Positions 11,032 through 21,845 of a stretch of 41,825 nucleotides of DNA are shown piece by piece. How positions within the stretch are numbered: the stretch's first letter is position 1; each line of letters begins with the position of its first letter. A model generated the notes under the pieces. That model searched no databases. It had not been told where the DNA came from and saw only the letters and a list, made by a program, of their open reading frames with translations. Origin of the DNA: Chiloscyllium plagiosum. Taxonomy: Eukaryota. The position numbers and the translations under genes are program-made. The stretch is from assembly GCF_004010195.1 (NCBI RefSeq), contig NC_057749.1, positions 24,285,042 to 24,326,866 of the forward strand, written 5' to 3'.

Positions 11032-13550
11032 TGCTCCCTCAGTACAGTTCCTCCCTCTGACAGTGTGGAGCTTCCTCACCATTGATCCTCCAACAGTGCA
11101 GCACTCCTTCAGTACTGACTCTCTGACAGTGCAGCACTCCTTCAGTACTGACCCTCTTACAGTGCAGCACTCCTTCAGTACTGACCATTCAACAGTGTGG
11201 CATTCCTTCAGTACTGACCCTTCGACATTGCAGCACTCCCTTAGTACTGACCCTCTGACAGTGAGGCACTCCCTCAGTACTGACCCTTCGACAGTGCAGC
11301 ACTCCCTCAGTATTGACCCTCCGAATGTGCGGCACTCCCTCAGTACTGACCGTCCAACAGTGTGGCACTCCCTCAGTACTGACCGTCCAACAGTGTGGCA
11401 CTCCTTCAGTACTGACCGTCCAACAGTGTGGCACTCCTTCAGTACTGACCGTCCAACAGTGTGGCACTCCTTCAGTACTGACCGTGCAACACTCCCTCAG
11501 TACTGACCCTCTGACATTGCAGCACTCCTTCAGAACTGACCATTCAACAGTGTGGCATTCCTTCAGTACTGATCCTCCTACAGTGCGGTGCTCCCTCAGT
11601 ACTGACCCTCTGACAGTGAGGCACTCCCTCAGTACTGACCCTTCGACAGTGTGGCACTCCCTCAGTCCTGACCCTCTGACAGTGAGGCTCTCCCTCAGTA
11701 CTGACCCTCTGACAATGAGGCACTCCTTCAGTACTGACTGTCCAACAGTGTGGCACTCCGTCAGTATGGACCCTCCTACAGTGTGGCACTCCCTCAGTAC
11801 TGACCCTCCAACAGTGTGGCACTCCCTCATTACTGACCGTCCAACAGTGCAGCACTCCTTCAGTACTGACCCTTCGACCATGTAGCACTCCCTCAGTACT
11901 GACCCTCTGACAATGAGGCACTCCCTCAGTACTGACCCTCTGACAGTGCAGCACTCCCTCAGTATTGACCCTCTGACAGTGTGGCACTCCCTCAGTACTG
12001 ACCCTCTGACAGTGCAGCATTCCCTCAGTACTGATCCTCTGACTGTGCAACACTCCTTCAGTATTGACCCTCTGACATTGCAGCACTCCTTCAGTACTGA
12101 CCCTTCAACATTGCAGCACTCCCTCAGTACTGACTCTTCAACATTGCAGCACTCCCTTAGTACTGACCCTCTGACAGTGCTGCACTCCCTCAGTACTGAC
12201 TCTCTGACAGTGTGGCACTCCCTCAGTACTGACCGTCCAACAGTGTGGCTTCCTTCAGTACTGACCCTCTGATAGTGGGGCACTCCCTCAGTACTGACCC
12301 TCTGACAGTGCAGCACTCTCTCAGTATTGACCCTCTGACAGATGTGGTACTCCCTCAGTACTGACCCTCTGACAGTGCAGCACTCCCTCAGTACTGACCC
12401 TCTGACTGTGCAACACTCCTTCAGTACTGACCCTTCGACAGTGCAGCACTCCCTCAGTACTGACCCTCTGACAATGAGGCACTCCCTCAGTTCTGACCCT
12501 CCAACAGTGTGGCTTCCCTCAGTACTGACCCTCTGATAGTGGGGCACTCCCTCAGTACTGACCCTCTGACAGTGCAGCACTCCCTCAGTATTGACCCTCT
12601 GACAGATGTGGTACTCCCTCAGTACTGACCCTCTGACAGTGCAGCATTCCCTCAGTACTGACCCTCTGACTGTGCAACACTCCTTCAGTATTGACCCTCT
12701 GACATTGCAGCACCCCTTCAGTACTGACCATTCAACAGTGTGGCATTCTGACAACGAGGCACTCCCTCAGTACTGACCCTCCAACAGTGTGGTACTCCCT
12801 CAGTACTGACCATCCAACAGTGCATCACTCCCTCAGTACTGACCTTCTGACAACGAGGCACTCCCTCAGTACTGACCCTCCAACAGTGTGGCATTCCTTC
12901 AGTACTGACCCTCTGACAGTGAGGCACTCCGTCAGTACTGACCCTCTGACAGTGCAGCACTCCCTCAGTATTGACCCTCTGACAGTGTGGTACTCCCTCA
13001 GTACTGACCCTCTGACTGTGCAACACTCCTTCAGTATTGACCCTCTGACATTGCAGCACTCCTTCAGTACTGACCATTCAACTGTGTGGTATTCCTTCAG
13101 TACTGACCCTTCGACATTGCAGCACTCCCTTAGTACTGACCCTCTGACAGTGAGGCACTCCCTCAGTACTGACCCTTCGACAGTGCAGCACTCCCTCAGT
13201 ATTGACACTCCGACAGTGCGGCACTCCCTCAGTACTGACCATCCAACAGTGTGGCACTCCCTCAGTACTGACCTTCCAACAGTGCAGCACTCCCTCAGTA
13301 CTGACCTTCCAACAGTGCGGCACTCCCTCAGTATTGACCGTCCAACATAGTGGCACTCCCTCAGTACTGACCCTCCAACAGTATGGCAGTCCCTCAGTAC
13401 TGGCTGTCCAACAGTGCGGCACTCCCTCAGTACTGACCGTCCAACAGTGTGGCACTCCCTCAGTACTGACCCTCCAACAGTGTGGCACTCTCTCAGTACT
13501 GACCCTCCAACAATGCGATGCTCCCTTAGCACTGATACCCCCCAACAGTG
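11032..13550. repeat. 33-bp minisatellite, about 75 units, consensus cactccctcagtactgaccctctgacagtgcag
   Basis: Direct reading of tandem units. It explains all the repetitive ORFs at 11063-13567. Confidence 0.95.
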
Positions 13551-13702
13551 ATACAGAGACGCAATGAAGTCTCGTTATCCTAATATTGGGATATATTAAC
13601 GTAGTGAAAGGATTTGTAGAATTAGGAGCTGTTTCTAAGCAGGAAGAATGTGATCAATGTTTGAGGGTCAATTGAAACTTCTCCATTTTCCTTCTGTTGC
13701 AG

Positions 13703-14261
13703 GCACTATGTTTACAATAAGAAGGGGCGTCTGGTGAACTGCCCATACGTGGACTGCTCCTACAAGTGGGCAGGAGGTGGATTCCTCTCCACGGTGCATG
13801 ACCTGCTGAGGTTCGGCAATGCCATGCTGTACAGCTACCAGGTGGAGGCGCCGGAGGGCCGAGAGCAGACCCAGCTCCCAGGCTACCTCAGACCGGCCAC
13901 GGTGAGCATGATCTGGAGCCCGGTGCAGAACACGGAGCTGAGCTGGGACCGAGAGGGCCGTTACGCCATGGGCTGGGGGGTTGTGGAGCAGAGTCAGGAG
14001 TATGGGCAGGGTCGATACCGCAGGCACTACCTCAGCCACACCGGGGGGGCAGTGGGAGTTAGCAGCGTTCTGCTGCTCCTCCCTGGTGACCCTCGGGGCA
14101 GACCGGTGGGGAGCCCTCCCCAGGGGGTGGTGGTCTCCATTCTCTGTAACCTGCAGTCCGTCAACCTCAACTCCACCGCTCTGAAAATCGCCTTGGAGTT
14201 CGACAAGGTCCGAGCAGGTGAGCCTCCCTCTGCGATCTCTGACCCGACCTCCCAATACTAG
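13703..14261 (+). CDS. LACTB: LACTB terminal coding exon
   Basis: Acceptor ccttctgttgcag|G completes the AGG codon. Encodes HYVYNKKGRLVNCPYVDCSYKWAGGGFLSTVHDLLRFGNAMLYSYQ...YAMGWGVVE...SHTGGAVG...LKIALEFDK...QY*, with the HTG motif and TAG at 14259-14261. Confidence 0.95.
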
Positions 14262-14471
14262 CCGGCTGACCAAGCAAAGGCCTCGCAACCGCTGAAACAC
14301 ACCTCCACCTCCAGCTGAAGGGACAGAGACAGTGGTGCTTTGAAAATGGTCAGACAGGACCTCCGTTTCAGCTCAGCAAGACGTGTCCACATTTGCCAGT
14401 TTTACTGCTTTCTCCTGGGTCTACCTCCAACGATAGAGGAGAGACTCAAGTCAGCACTGATTCCTAGGTTG

Positions 14472-14558
14472 GACAGGCAGGAGGCTGGAAGAACACGGCA
14501 AGCCAAGCAGCACCAGGAGGTGGCGAAGTCGGTGTTTCGGGTGTAACCCTTCCTCAGG
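14472..14558 (-). mobile_element. Short PLE-derived insertion with hammerhead-like motif in the probable LACTB 3' UTR
   Basis: 16-bp direct repeat actgattcctaggttg at 14456-14471 and 14559-14574. Minus strand reads AGTC-CTGAGGA-A-GGGT-TAC-ACCC-GAAAC-ACC-GACT. Confidence 0.75.
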
Positions 14559-14884
14559 ACTGATTCCTAGGTTGCCAACTCTAATTGGTCTCTGACCTAG
14601 AGGCAAAAACTAGGCACTCTGTCACCTCCAGCCGGTCGTTTTACTCCCTTTTTTTATAATTCAATCATTCTGCATATCCTTTTCTACTGAAGATTTTTAT
14701 TTAAGGCTGTTTAGGGTCACCGTCTCATACAGCGCAAGAACAGACCTCTTTGTCCAACTCGTCCATGCGGACCAGACTGAGATGAATTCTCATCCCCCAG
14801 AGAGTGGTGAACTAGTGGAAATTCTCCCCCTCCAAAAGGGGTTGAGGTTAAAACGTTGAATGTTTTCAAGGAGGAGTTAACTAA

Positions 14885-15350
14885 GTCATAGAGATGTACA
14901 GCACGGAAACAGACCCTTCGGTCCAACCCGTCCATGCCACCCGGATATCTCAACCTAATCTAGTCCCATTTGCCAGCACCCGGCCCATATCCCTCCAAAC
15001 CCTTCCTATTCAAATATCCATCCAGAAGCCTTTTAAATGTTGTAACCGTACCAGCCTCCACCACTTCCTCTGGCAGCTCATTCCACACACGCACCACCCT
15101 CTGTGTGAAAATCCTCTCACCCTAAACCTCTGCCCCCTAGTTCTGGACTCCCCCATCCCAGGAAAAAGACCTTGTCTATTCACCCTATCCATGCCCCTCA
15201 TGATTTTCTAAACCTCGAAAAGGTCACTCCTCAGCCTCCGATGCTTCAAGGAAAACAGCCCCAGCCTGTTCAGCCTCTCCCTATAGCTCATACCCTCCAA
15301 CCCTGGCAACATCCTTGTAAATCTTTTCTGAACCCTTTCAAGTTTCACAA
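14885..15350 (-). mobile_element. CR1 LINE 3' fragment inserted into an older + strand CR1 3' end (about 14830-14884 and 15351-15480)
   Basis: VKLERVQKRFTRMLPGLEGMSYRERLNRLGLFSL plus the CR1 3' UTR. Confidence 0.85.
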
Positions 15351-15888
15351 TCTTAGGGATCAATGAGTATTGGGAGAAAGCAGGAGCACAGGACGGAGTT
15401 GGACGATTAGCCATGATCATATTGAATGGCGGATCAGGGGCAGAATTGCCTCCTCATGCTTCTATTCTTGAGGTTTCTGTGTTTCTTCCTCCCTAATAAT
15501 GTTCAGGAGATTAATCCTTCGTGTCCTGGTCAAGGGAATTGTCATCTCTTTGACCTGGAATTGTTCTTACAAGCAGGCAATGGATGATCTGATTTTCTTT
15601 ATCTCTAACTGTGCCTCCATCCAGGTGAAGGATTTTATAAATCGACGTTTTTTTTTAGACAAAATCCAAATATTATGCAAAGAAATGTATTTTTAACTCA
15701 GTCCAGCAGTTTTGTAAAAGATGACATGCAAACTGAATTTTATAAACAAAGAATAGTGCAGTTTCTGGAAAATTGGAGTGAACTACCAGAAAAGCTGGTT
15801 AAATCCAGATGCTGTTTTTAATGTGCTGGGATTCCCCAGGGAGGGAATTCTGTTCATTTTTTCCTGCAAATGTTTGCTTTCACAATTC

Positions 15889-15894
15889 ATTAAA
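15889..15894 (+). terminator. Candidate LACTB polyadenylation signal ATTAAA
   Basis: First good hexamer noticed after the stop. Followed by CA at 15911-15912 and GU-rich tgagtgttgtttg...gtgtgtttt. Confidence 0.45.
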
Positions 15895-15959
15895 GCTTCT
15901 AACTTCCTGCCATTGAGTGTTGTTTGATAGAAAGTGTGTTTTATGTCACTACAGTGCCG

Positions 15960-16250
15960 AGTTAATGTCACTGGACTATTTAATCCAGGCTGATGTTCTG
16001 GGACATAGGTTAAATCCCAGCGCCACGCTTAAGTTTAATTAGTTGATGGTTGGAATTAAAAGCTGGTCCCAGTAACGGTGACAGCAACTACCAACACTTG
16101 TTGCAAAAGCCCATCTGGTTCACCAGGGAAGGAAATCTGCCTTAGTGTGGCCTCCTAATGACCCAGCAGTGCTCTGAAGCTACATCACAAGTCACTCTCT
16201 TCAGAGGGGAGGGGTCACAAACGTTGGCCTTCCTACTGATGCCTGAGGAA
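15960..16250 (+). mobile_element. SINE family 2 copy, degraded
   Basis: taatgtcactggact..taatccagg..ggttaaatccc head and catctggttcac..gggaaggaaatctgcc body. Confidence 0.6.
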
Positions 16251-16299
16251 GAGTAAAACCAGATATTTATACATCTCGTTCTGACTTGGTTGTTCTTGC

Positions 16300-16800
16300 C
16301 CTGGTATCCCCTTGGTTATCGATGATGTCATGCCCTCAGTTACCATGGTATCTCCTTGGTGACTATGTTGTGCCCTCATTTGCTGTGATGTCTTCATAGT
16401 TACCATGGTGTCCCCTCAGCAACCTTAATGGTCCCTCAGTTACATGGTGTTGTGCCCTTTGTTACTATCTCATGCCCTCTGTTATCATGGTGTCTCCATG
16501 GATGCCTGGTCATGCCTTTGTTTACCATGGTGGTTCCTCTGATAAAATGGTGTCTCCATGGATGCCTGGTCATGCCCTTGGTTACCATGCTGGTTCCTCT
16601 GATAAAATGGTGTCTCCATGGATGCCTGGTCATGCCCTTGGTTACCATGGTGTTTCCTCTGTTAACATGGTGTCTCCATGGATGCCTGGTCATGTCCTTG
16701 CTTACCATGATGTTTCCTCTTAACATGGTGTCTCCATGATTGCCAGGTTATCATGGTATCTTTTCTGTTTCTACGGTGTCCCTTTAGATACCATGGTGTC
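16300..16800. repeat. Degenerate ~20-bp tandem repeat with a 60-bp higher-order core (about 4 copies, 16491-16739)
   Basis: tgtctccatggatgcctggtcatg recurs at 16491, 16551, 16611 and 16671. Monomers resemble ggttaccatggtgtcccctt. Confidence 0.85.
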
Positions 16801-17497
16801 TAACTGGATAAGTTTTGAAACAATTGAGGGAAAGCACGTTTTGGTGAATTTACTGCTCAGTTTCTGAGAGATGATTACAGTTTGGAATATCCTTCCTCTT
16901 CAAAGACTGACAAACTATCTCCCTGGTGGGAGGATCAAGAACAAGAAAACATCATCTTAAAATAAGTGTTGGGCCCTTCAAATCAGTGAATACGTCTTCA
17001 ACCAGAGGGAATGAAAATCTGGAATTCTCCACCCTAAATGATGTTCACGTTGGAGGACATTTGGAGCTTTCAAGACTGAGGACAATATTTGTTTTATTTG
17101 GAAAAGGCATCAAGGGTTAGGGGTCAAAGTGGGCAAACAGAGTGAAGATACAATCACAGAATTGTTAGGCAGAAGGAGGCCATTTGGCCCTACACTGGCT
17201 CTGTCACCTAGCGCAAATTTCCTATCTTTTTCCATTATCCCTGCACCCCTTTCTATCCAAATAACCCTCCAGTGAATGCTTCACTTGACTCTGCCTCCAA
17301 CACATTCCCAGGCAATGTGTTCCACAATCCGCTACTGAATGGCCTGAGAGACGGAGAAGGCTTGTCCTACCCCAATGACTCCAGGAATTCCCAAATATCT
17401 TGGGAGTCCTAATTTAGGACTTAGCCATCAATTGAGCAACAAATCTGTCCAAATTTAAACAGTCACAACAGCAAACATGGCAAGCCCAGTACATCAG

Positions 17498-17712
17498 AAG
17501 TCAGAAAATGCTGGAGAAACTCAGCTGGTCTGGCAGCGTCTGCGGAGAGAAAGCAGAGTTAATATTTCAGGTCCAGTGACGCTTCTTCAGAATTGGGACA
17601 TCGCAAGCCAGTTCTGAAGAAGGATCATTGGACCCAAAACGTTAACTCTGCTTTCTTGCCACAAATGCTGTTAGATCTACTGAGTCTCTCCAACAATTTC
17701 TGATTTCCAGCA
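17498..17712. mobile_element. Fold-back PLE-derived element with degenerate hammerhead motifs on both arms
   Basis: Inverted arms. The + strand reads AGTT-CTGAAGA-AGGATCATTGGACCC-AAAAC-GTT-AACT (17610-17647) and the - strand reads TT-CTGAAGA-AGCGTCACTGGACCT-GAAAT-ATT-AAC. Confidence 0.65.
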
Positions 17713-17899
17713 GTTCAATGGGGATATTTTTTGTAAGAAATCAGACCAAGTGACCAGAGGGCCATCTGCTGAGTTCATTTTCTCCAAGGGTCTGAAGTCA
17801 GCATCAAACAGGAAAGATGCGTAATACTCAGGGATATCAAGCTCTCCGGTCATCACCAGAAAGCCTTCTTGCATCGACACATATTTCTTCCAAACAAAT

Positions 17900-18197
17900 G
17901 GGTGGCACAGTGGTTAGCACTGCTACCTCACAGCGCCAGAGACCCGGGTTCAATTCCTGCCTCAGGTATCTGACTGTGTGGAGTTTGCACATTCTCCCCG
18001 TGTCTGCGTGGGTTTCCTCCGGGTGCTCCGGTTTCCTCCCACAGTCCAAAAATGTGCAGGTTAGGTGAGTTGGCCATGCTAAATTGCCCGTAGTGTTAGT
18101 TGTAGGGGAATGGGTCTGGGTGGGTTGCTCTTCAGAGGGTCGGTGTGGACTTGTTGGGCGGAAGGGCCTGTTTCCACTCTGTAAGTAATCTAATCTA
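17900..18197 (+). mobile_element. HE1-like V-SINE, near full length
   Basis: ggtggcacagtggttagcactgct...gggttcaattcc head, body and (taatc)n tail. Confidence 0.9.
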
Positions 18198-18239
18198 AAA
18201 TCAATTCATATTGCATAACACAGCCTGGAGCCCAAACTG

Positions 18240-18556
18240 AACCTCTAATGCGGTACTGCAGGAGTGCTGCACTGTCAGAAGTTCCATCTTCAGGTGAGGT
18301 GTTCAAGCAAAAGCCCTCTTGTAGGCGGGAATGACCATCCCATGGTTTTGTTTTGAAGGAAAGTTCACCCAGATATTTATCCCATAATGCAAATCACGAA
18401 ACGTATCACTGGTTTCAGATGCTGCTGTGCACTAACTGACTGGTGTAATTTATACAATGCCGCAGTGTTGACGTTTCCAAAGTCTTGAACTATGAAGTTT
18501 TTCATGACATCCTGGAGCTCAAAAAAGTTGCTAGATAAATGCAATTTTGACTTTCC
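18240..18556 (+). mobile_element. DeuSINE-like copy
   Basis: gtactgcaggagtgctgcactgtcagaag..catcttcaggtgag and tail gctagataaatgcaa. Confidence 0.65.
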
Positions 18557-18876
18557 CCTTCATTTTTACATCTTAGAATAGAATAGAATATCATTTATTG
18601 TCACGCACTCAATACAGAAGTGCAGGAGTACAGTGACAAGCTTATAATGTCACCTCTTAATGGTACCATCTTGGGGACAACACATCTGTGTACAAATCTT
18701 AGATACTAAAAGAGGAATACAAAAGAAAAGAAATAGCATTACTTTACAGTGATCCATAGTATAAGTTAGAAATAAGACGTAGTTAAAAGAATAAACATTA
18801 CAGTGCAGTGGCTCAGCACAGGGGTTCTACGCGTGGTCTGATCACCTGTGCCAGACATCAGTCCAACAACTGTCCC

Positions 18877-20068
18877 TGCTCCACTCCGGGCCTCCAAGCC
18901 TCTCCACTCCAAGCCGCTCCACTCCGGGCCTCCAAGCCGCTCCACTTCAGGCCTCCAACCCGCTCCACTCCGGGCCTCCAACCCGCTCCATTCCGGGCCT
19001 CCAACCCGCTCCACTCCGGGCCTCCAACCTGCTCCATTCCGGGCCTCCAACCCGCTCCACTCCGGGCCTCCAACCCGCTCCATTCCGGGCCTCCAACCCG
19101 CTCCACTCCGGGCCTCCAACCTGCTCCATTCCGGGCCTCCAACCCGCTCCAATCCGGACCTCCGCTGCTCCATTCCGGGCCTCCAACCCGCTCCAATCCG
19201 GACCTCCGACCCGCTCCACTCCGGACCTCCAACCCGCTCCACTCCGAGCCTCCAACCCGCTCCACTCCGAGCCTCCAACCCGCTCCACTCAGGGCCTTCA
19301 GCTTGCTCCACTCCGGGCCTCCAACCCGCTCCATTCCGGGCCTCCAACCTGCTCCATTCCGGGCCTCCAACCCGCTCCACTCAGGGCCTCCAACTCGCTC
19401 CACTCCGGGCCTTCAGCTTGCTCCACTCCGGGCCTCCAACCCGCTCCATTCCGGGCCTCCAACCCGCTCCACTCCGGGCCTCCAAACCGCTCCATTCCGG
19501 GCCTCCAACCCGCTCCACTCCGGGCCTCCAACCCGCTCCATTCCGGGCCTCCAACCCGCTCCACTCAGGGCCTCCAACCCGCTCCACTCCGGGCCTTCAG
19601 TTTGCTCCACTCCAGGCCTCCAACCCGCTCCACTCCGGGCCTTCAGCTTGCTCTGGGCGGCACGGTGGCACAGTGGTTAGTACTGCTGCCTCACAGCGCC
19701 AGAGACCCGGGTTCATTTCCCGCCTCAGGCGACTGACTGTGTGGAGTTTGCACGTTCTCCCTGTGTCTGCGTGGGTTTCCTCCGGGTGCTCCGGTTTCCT
19801 CCCACAGTCCAAAGATGTGCAGGTTAGGTGAATTGGCCATGCTAAATTGCCCGTAGTGTTAGGTAAGGGGTAAATGTAGGGGTATGGGTGAGTTGCGCTT
19901 CGGCGGGGCGGTGTGGACTTGATGGGCCGAAGGGCCTGTTTCCACACTGTAAGAAATCTAATCTAATCTAAGTAATCTAATCTAATCCACTCTGGGCTCC
20001 ACTCCACTCCACTCCACTCCACTCCGGGCCTCCAACCCGCTCCACTCCGGGCCTTCAGCTTGCTCCAC
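18877..20068. repeat. 23-bp GC-rich minisatellite (ccactccgggcctccaacccgct), interrupted by a SINE
   Basis: Direct reading. It explains the repetitive ORFs at 18766-19831. Confidence 0.93.
19655..19987 (+). mobile_element. HE1-like V-SINE, full length
   Basis: gggcggcacggtggcacagtggttag head to gggcctgtttccacactgtaag(aatct)n tail. Confidence 0.9.
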
Positions 20069-20213
20069 TACGGCTCCCAGCTACTCAGCTCTGTTTGATG
20101 CCTTTGTTCCTGCTTCTAGTGATTAGAACGAGATTAGCCAGGAGGATCTCCCCAACCGGGGCTTTATCCTGGACCAATCAGGGAGCCCTGGCTGGTAGAT
20201 ACAATCAGGACTC

Positions 20214-20456
20214 TCCTGTCCCTTTTCCGCGGTTATGTTAGAGCCTGGGTGTCTCTGGAAAAGGAGCACGCAGTGTCCTGGAGTTGTTCAGGGAGAGGTG
20301 GACGCCGCAGGGAGTAGAGTGCATTATTTCCCCCTCCAACTCTATTTTGATTTAATCCCTGCCCTCCCCTTCACTGTTTGATCACACAGCATTGCCCTTT
20401 GATGTGAAGGGCATACCTCTGTTTGCTCTGACTGTCCTGGTTCTAACCAAAAAAAA
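20214..20456 (+). mobile_element. Tx1-like (L1 clade) LINE 3' fragment
   Basis: Encodes ..LFRGYVRAWVSLEKEHAVS..LFRERWTPQGVECIISPSNSILI*. Homologous to 32272-32495. Confidence 0.55.
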
Positions 20457-20939
20457 AATCAGGACTCTCCACCTGCACACACACACAATGAAGAAAAGCT
20501 AGAACAGGAGTGTCAGACATCATGTTCACTCTGAGAGCTGACTCTGAGGGAGCTGGATCTGTGTCAGTGAGTTTCCACATGGAAATAAAAGGTGACTTGG
20601 GAAAAAACCCAAACAAAATACAATCAGGACTCTTCCCAACAGTTAACATCTACTTTTGGTCAATGTGGCTCCATTTTATATTGGGAAGTTACAAGATCAC
20701 TTTTACTTTCACTATACAATTGAATTCTAATTAAAAATGTTTTGTGCATAATGCTTTGGAAAAATGGGTCTTTTTTAGGAAAACTGGGGAAAGCTGATTT
20801 CTTTGTCTCTCTCAAAGCTGAAATATATCAGACTAAACCAACTCTTTAAAAAAATACAATCAGGACTCTCAGAGATTCTCCTCACTGTAAGCTCTGAGCT
20901 AGCTGGTCAGAGTCCACGTAGTGGGCATGTGTAAATAAA

Positions 20940-21144
20940 GTTAAAAATCACACAATGCCAGGTTATAGTCCAAAAGGTTTAATTGGAAACACTAATTTTC
21001 GAAGTGCTGCTCCTTCATCAGGTGGTTGTGGAGTACACAATTGTAAGAAAGCTAGTGCTTCCAAATAAACCTGTTGGACTATAACCTGGTGTTGTGTGAT
21101 TTTTAACTTTGTCCACCCCCGTCCAACACCAGCTCCTCCACATC
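20940..21144. mobile_element. Fold-back PLE-derived element (family B) with hammerhead-like motif
   Basis: Arms gttaaaaatcacacaa..ccaggttatagtccaa / ttggactataacctggtgttgtgtgatttttaac. Flanks gtgtaaataaa on both sides. Minus strand CAC-CTGATGA-A-GGAGCAGCACTTC-GAAAA-TTA-GTG. Confidence 0.7.
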
Positions 21145-21185
21145 GTGTAAATAAAAGGTGACTTGGCGATGGGATCCCGGGTTTT

Positions 21186-21845
21186 GATCAGAGTGGTGCT
21201 GTAAAAGCACAGCAGTTCAGGCTGCTTCCGAGGAGCAGGAAAATCGACTTTTCGGGCAAAAGTCCTTCATCAGGAATAGAGGTAGGAAGCCTCCAGGTTG
21301 GAGAGATAAATGGGAAGGGAGATAGGCAGGTAGGACAGGTCATGGGGATGGTGCTGAGCTGGAAGGTTGGAACTGAGGTAAGGTGAGGGGAGGGGAAATG
21401 AGGAAACTGGTGAAGTCCACATTGATGCCCTGGGGTTGAAGTCTTCTGAGGCGGAAGATGAGGCGTTCTTCCTCCAGTCGTCGGGTGGTGAGGGAGCAGC
21501 GATGGAGGAGGCCCGGGACCTGCATGTCCTCGGCAGAGTGGGAGGTGGAGTTGAAATGTTGGGCCACGGGTGATGGGGTTGATTGGTGCGGGTGTCCCCT
21601 AGATGTTCCCTAAAGCGTTCTGCTAGGAGGCATCCAGTCTCCCCAATGTAGAGGAGACCGCATCGGGAGCAACGGATACAATAAATGACATTGGTGGATG
21701 TGCAGGTAAAACTTTGATGGATGCTCCTTTGAGGCCTTGGATGGAGGTGAGGGAGGAGGTGTGGGCACAGGTTTTACAATTCCTGCAGTGGCAGGGGAGG
21801 GTGCCAGGATGGGAGGGTGGGTTGTTGGGGGGTGTAGATCTGACC
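21186..21845 (-). mobile_element. Penelope-like element 3' fragment: GIY-YIG endonuclease remnant plus terminal repeat with hammerhead motif (21242-21277)
   Basis: Minus strand TNVIYCIRCSRCGLLYIGETG..ERFREH and (frameshifted) AQHFNSTSHS..RRLEEERLIFRL..QPQGINVDF. Then ATTC-CTGATGA-A-GGACTTTTGCCC-GAAAA-GTC-GATT. Confidence 0.85.

Noticed and set aside
11063..13567. Long ORFs up to 521 aa (TVRGSVLRECC / HSLSTDPLTV)
   Set aside because: Translation of a 33-bp (multiple of 3) minisatellite inside the LACTB intron. They are open on both strands with no protein signature.
1424..14261. Bacterial beta-lactamase or horizontal transfer
   Set aside because: Spliced gene with canonical GT-AG introns and vertebrate LACTB motifs and synteny.
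13668..14300. 210-aa minus-strand ORF
   Set aside because: Antisense shadow of the GC-rich LACTB exon.
19655..19730. tRNA-like sequences with A/B boxes (also near 9623, 17900 and 28520-28586)
   Set aside because: They are SINE heads that continue into SINE body and tail, with no complete cloverleaf.
18766..19831. Pro/Gly-rich ORFs of 200-327 aa
   Set aside because: Translations of a stop-poor 23-bp minisatellite running into a SINE.
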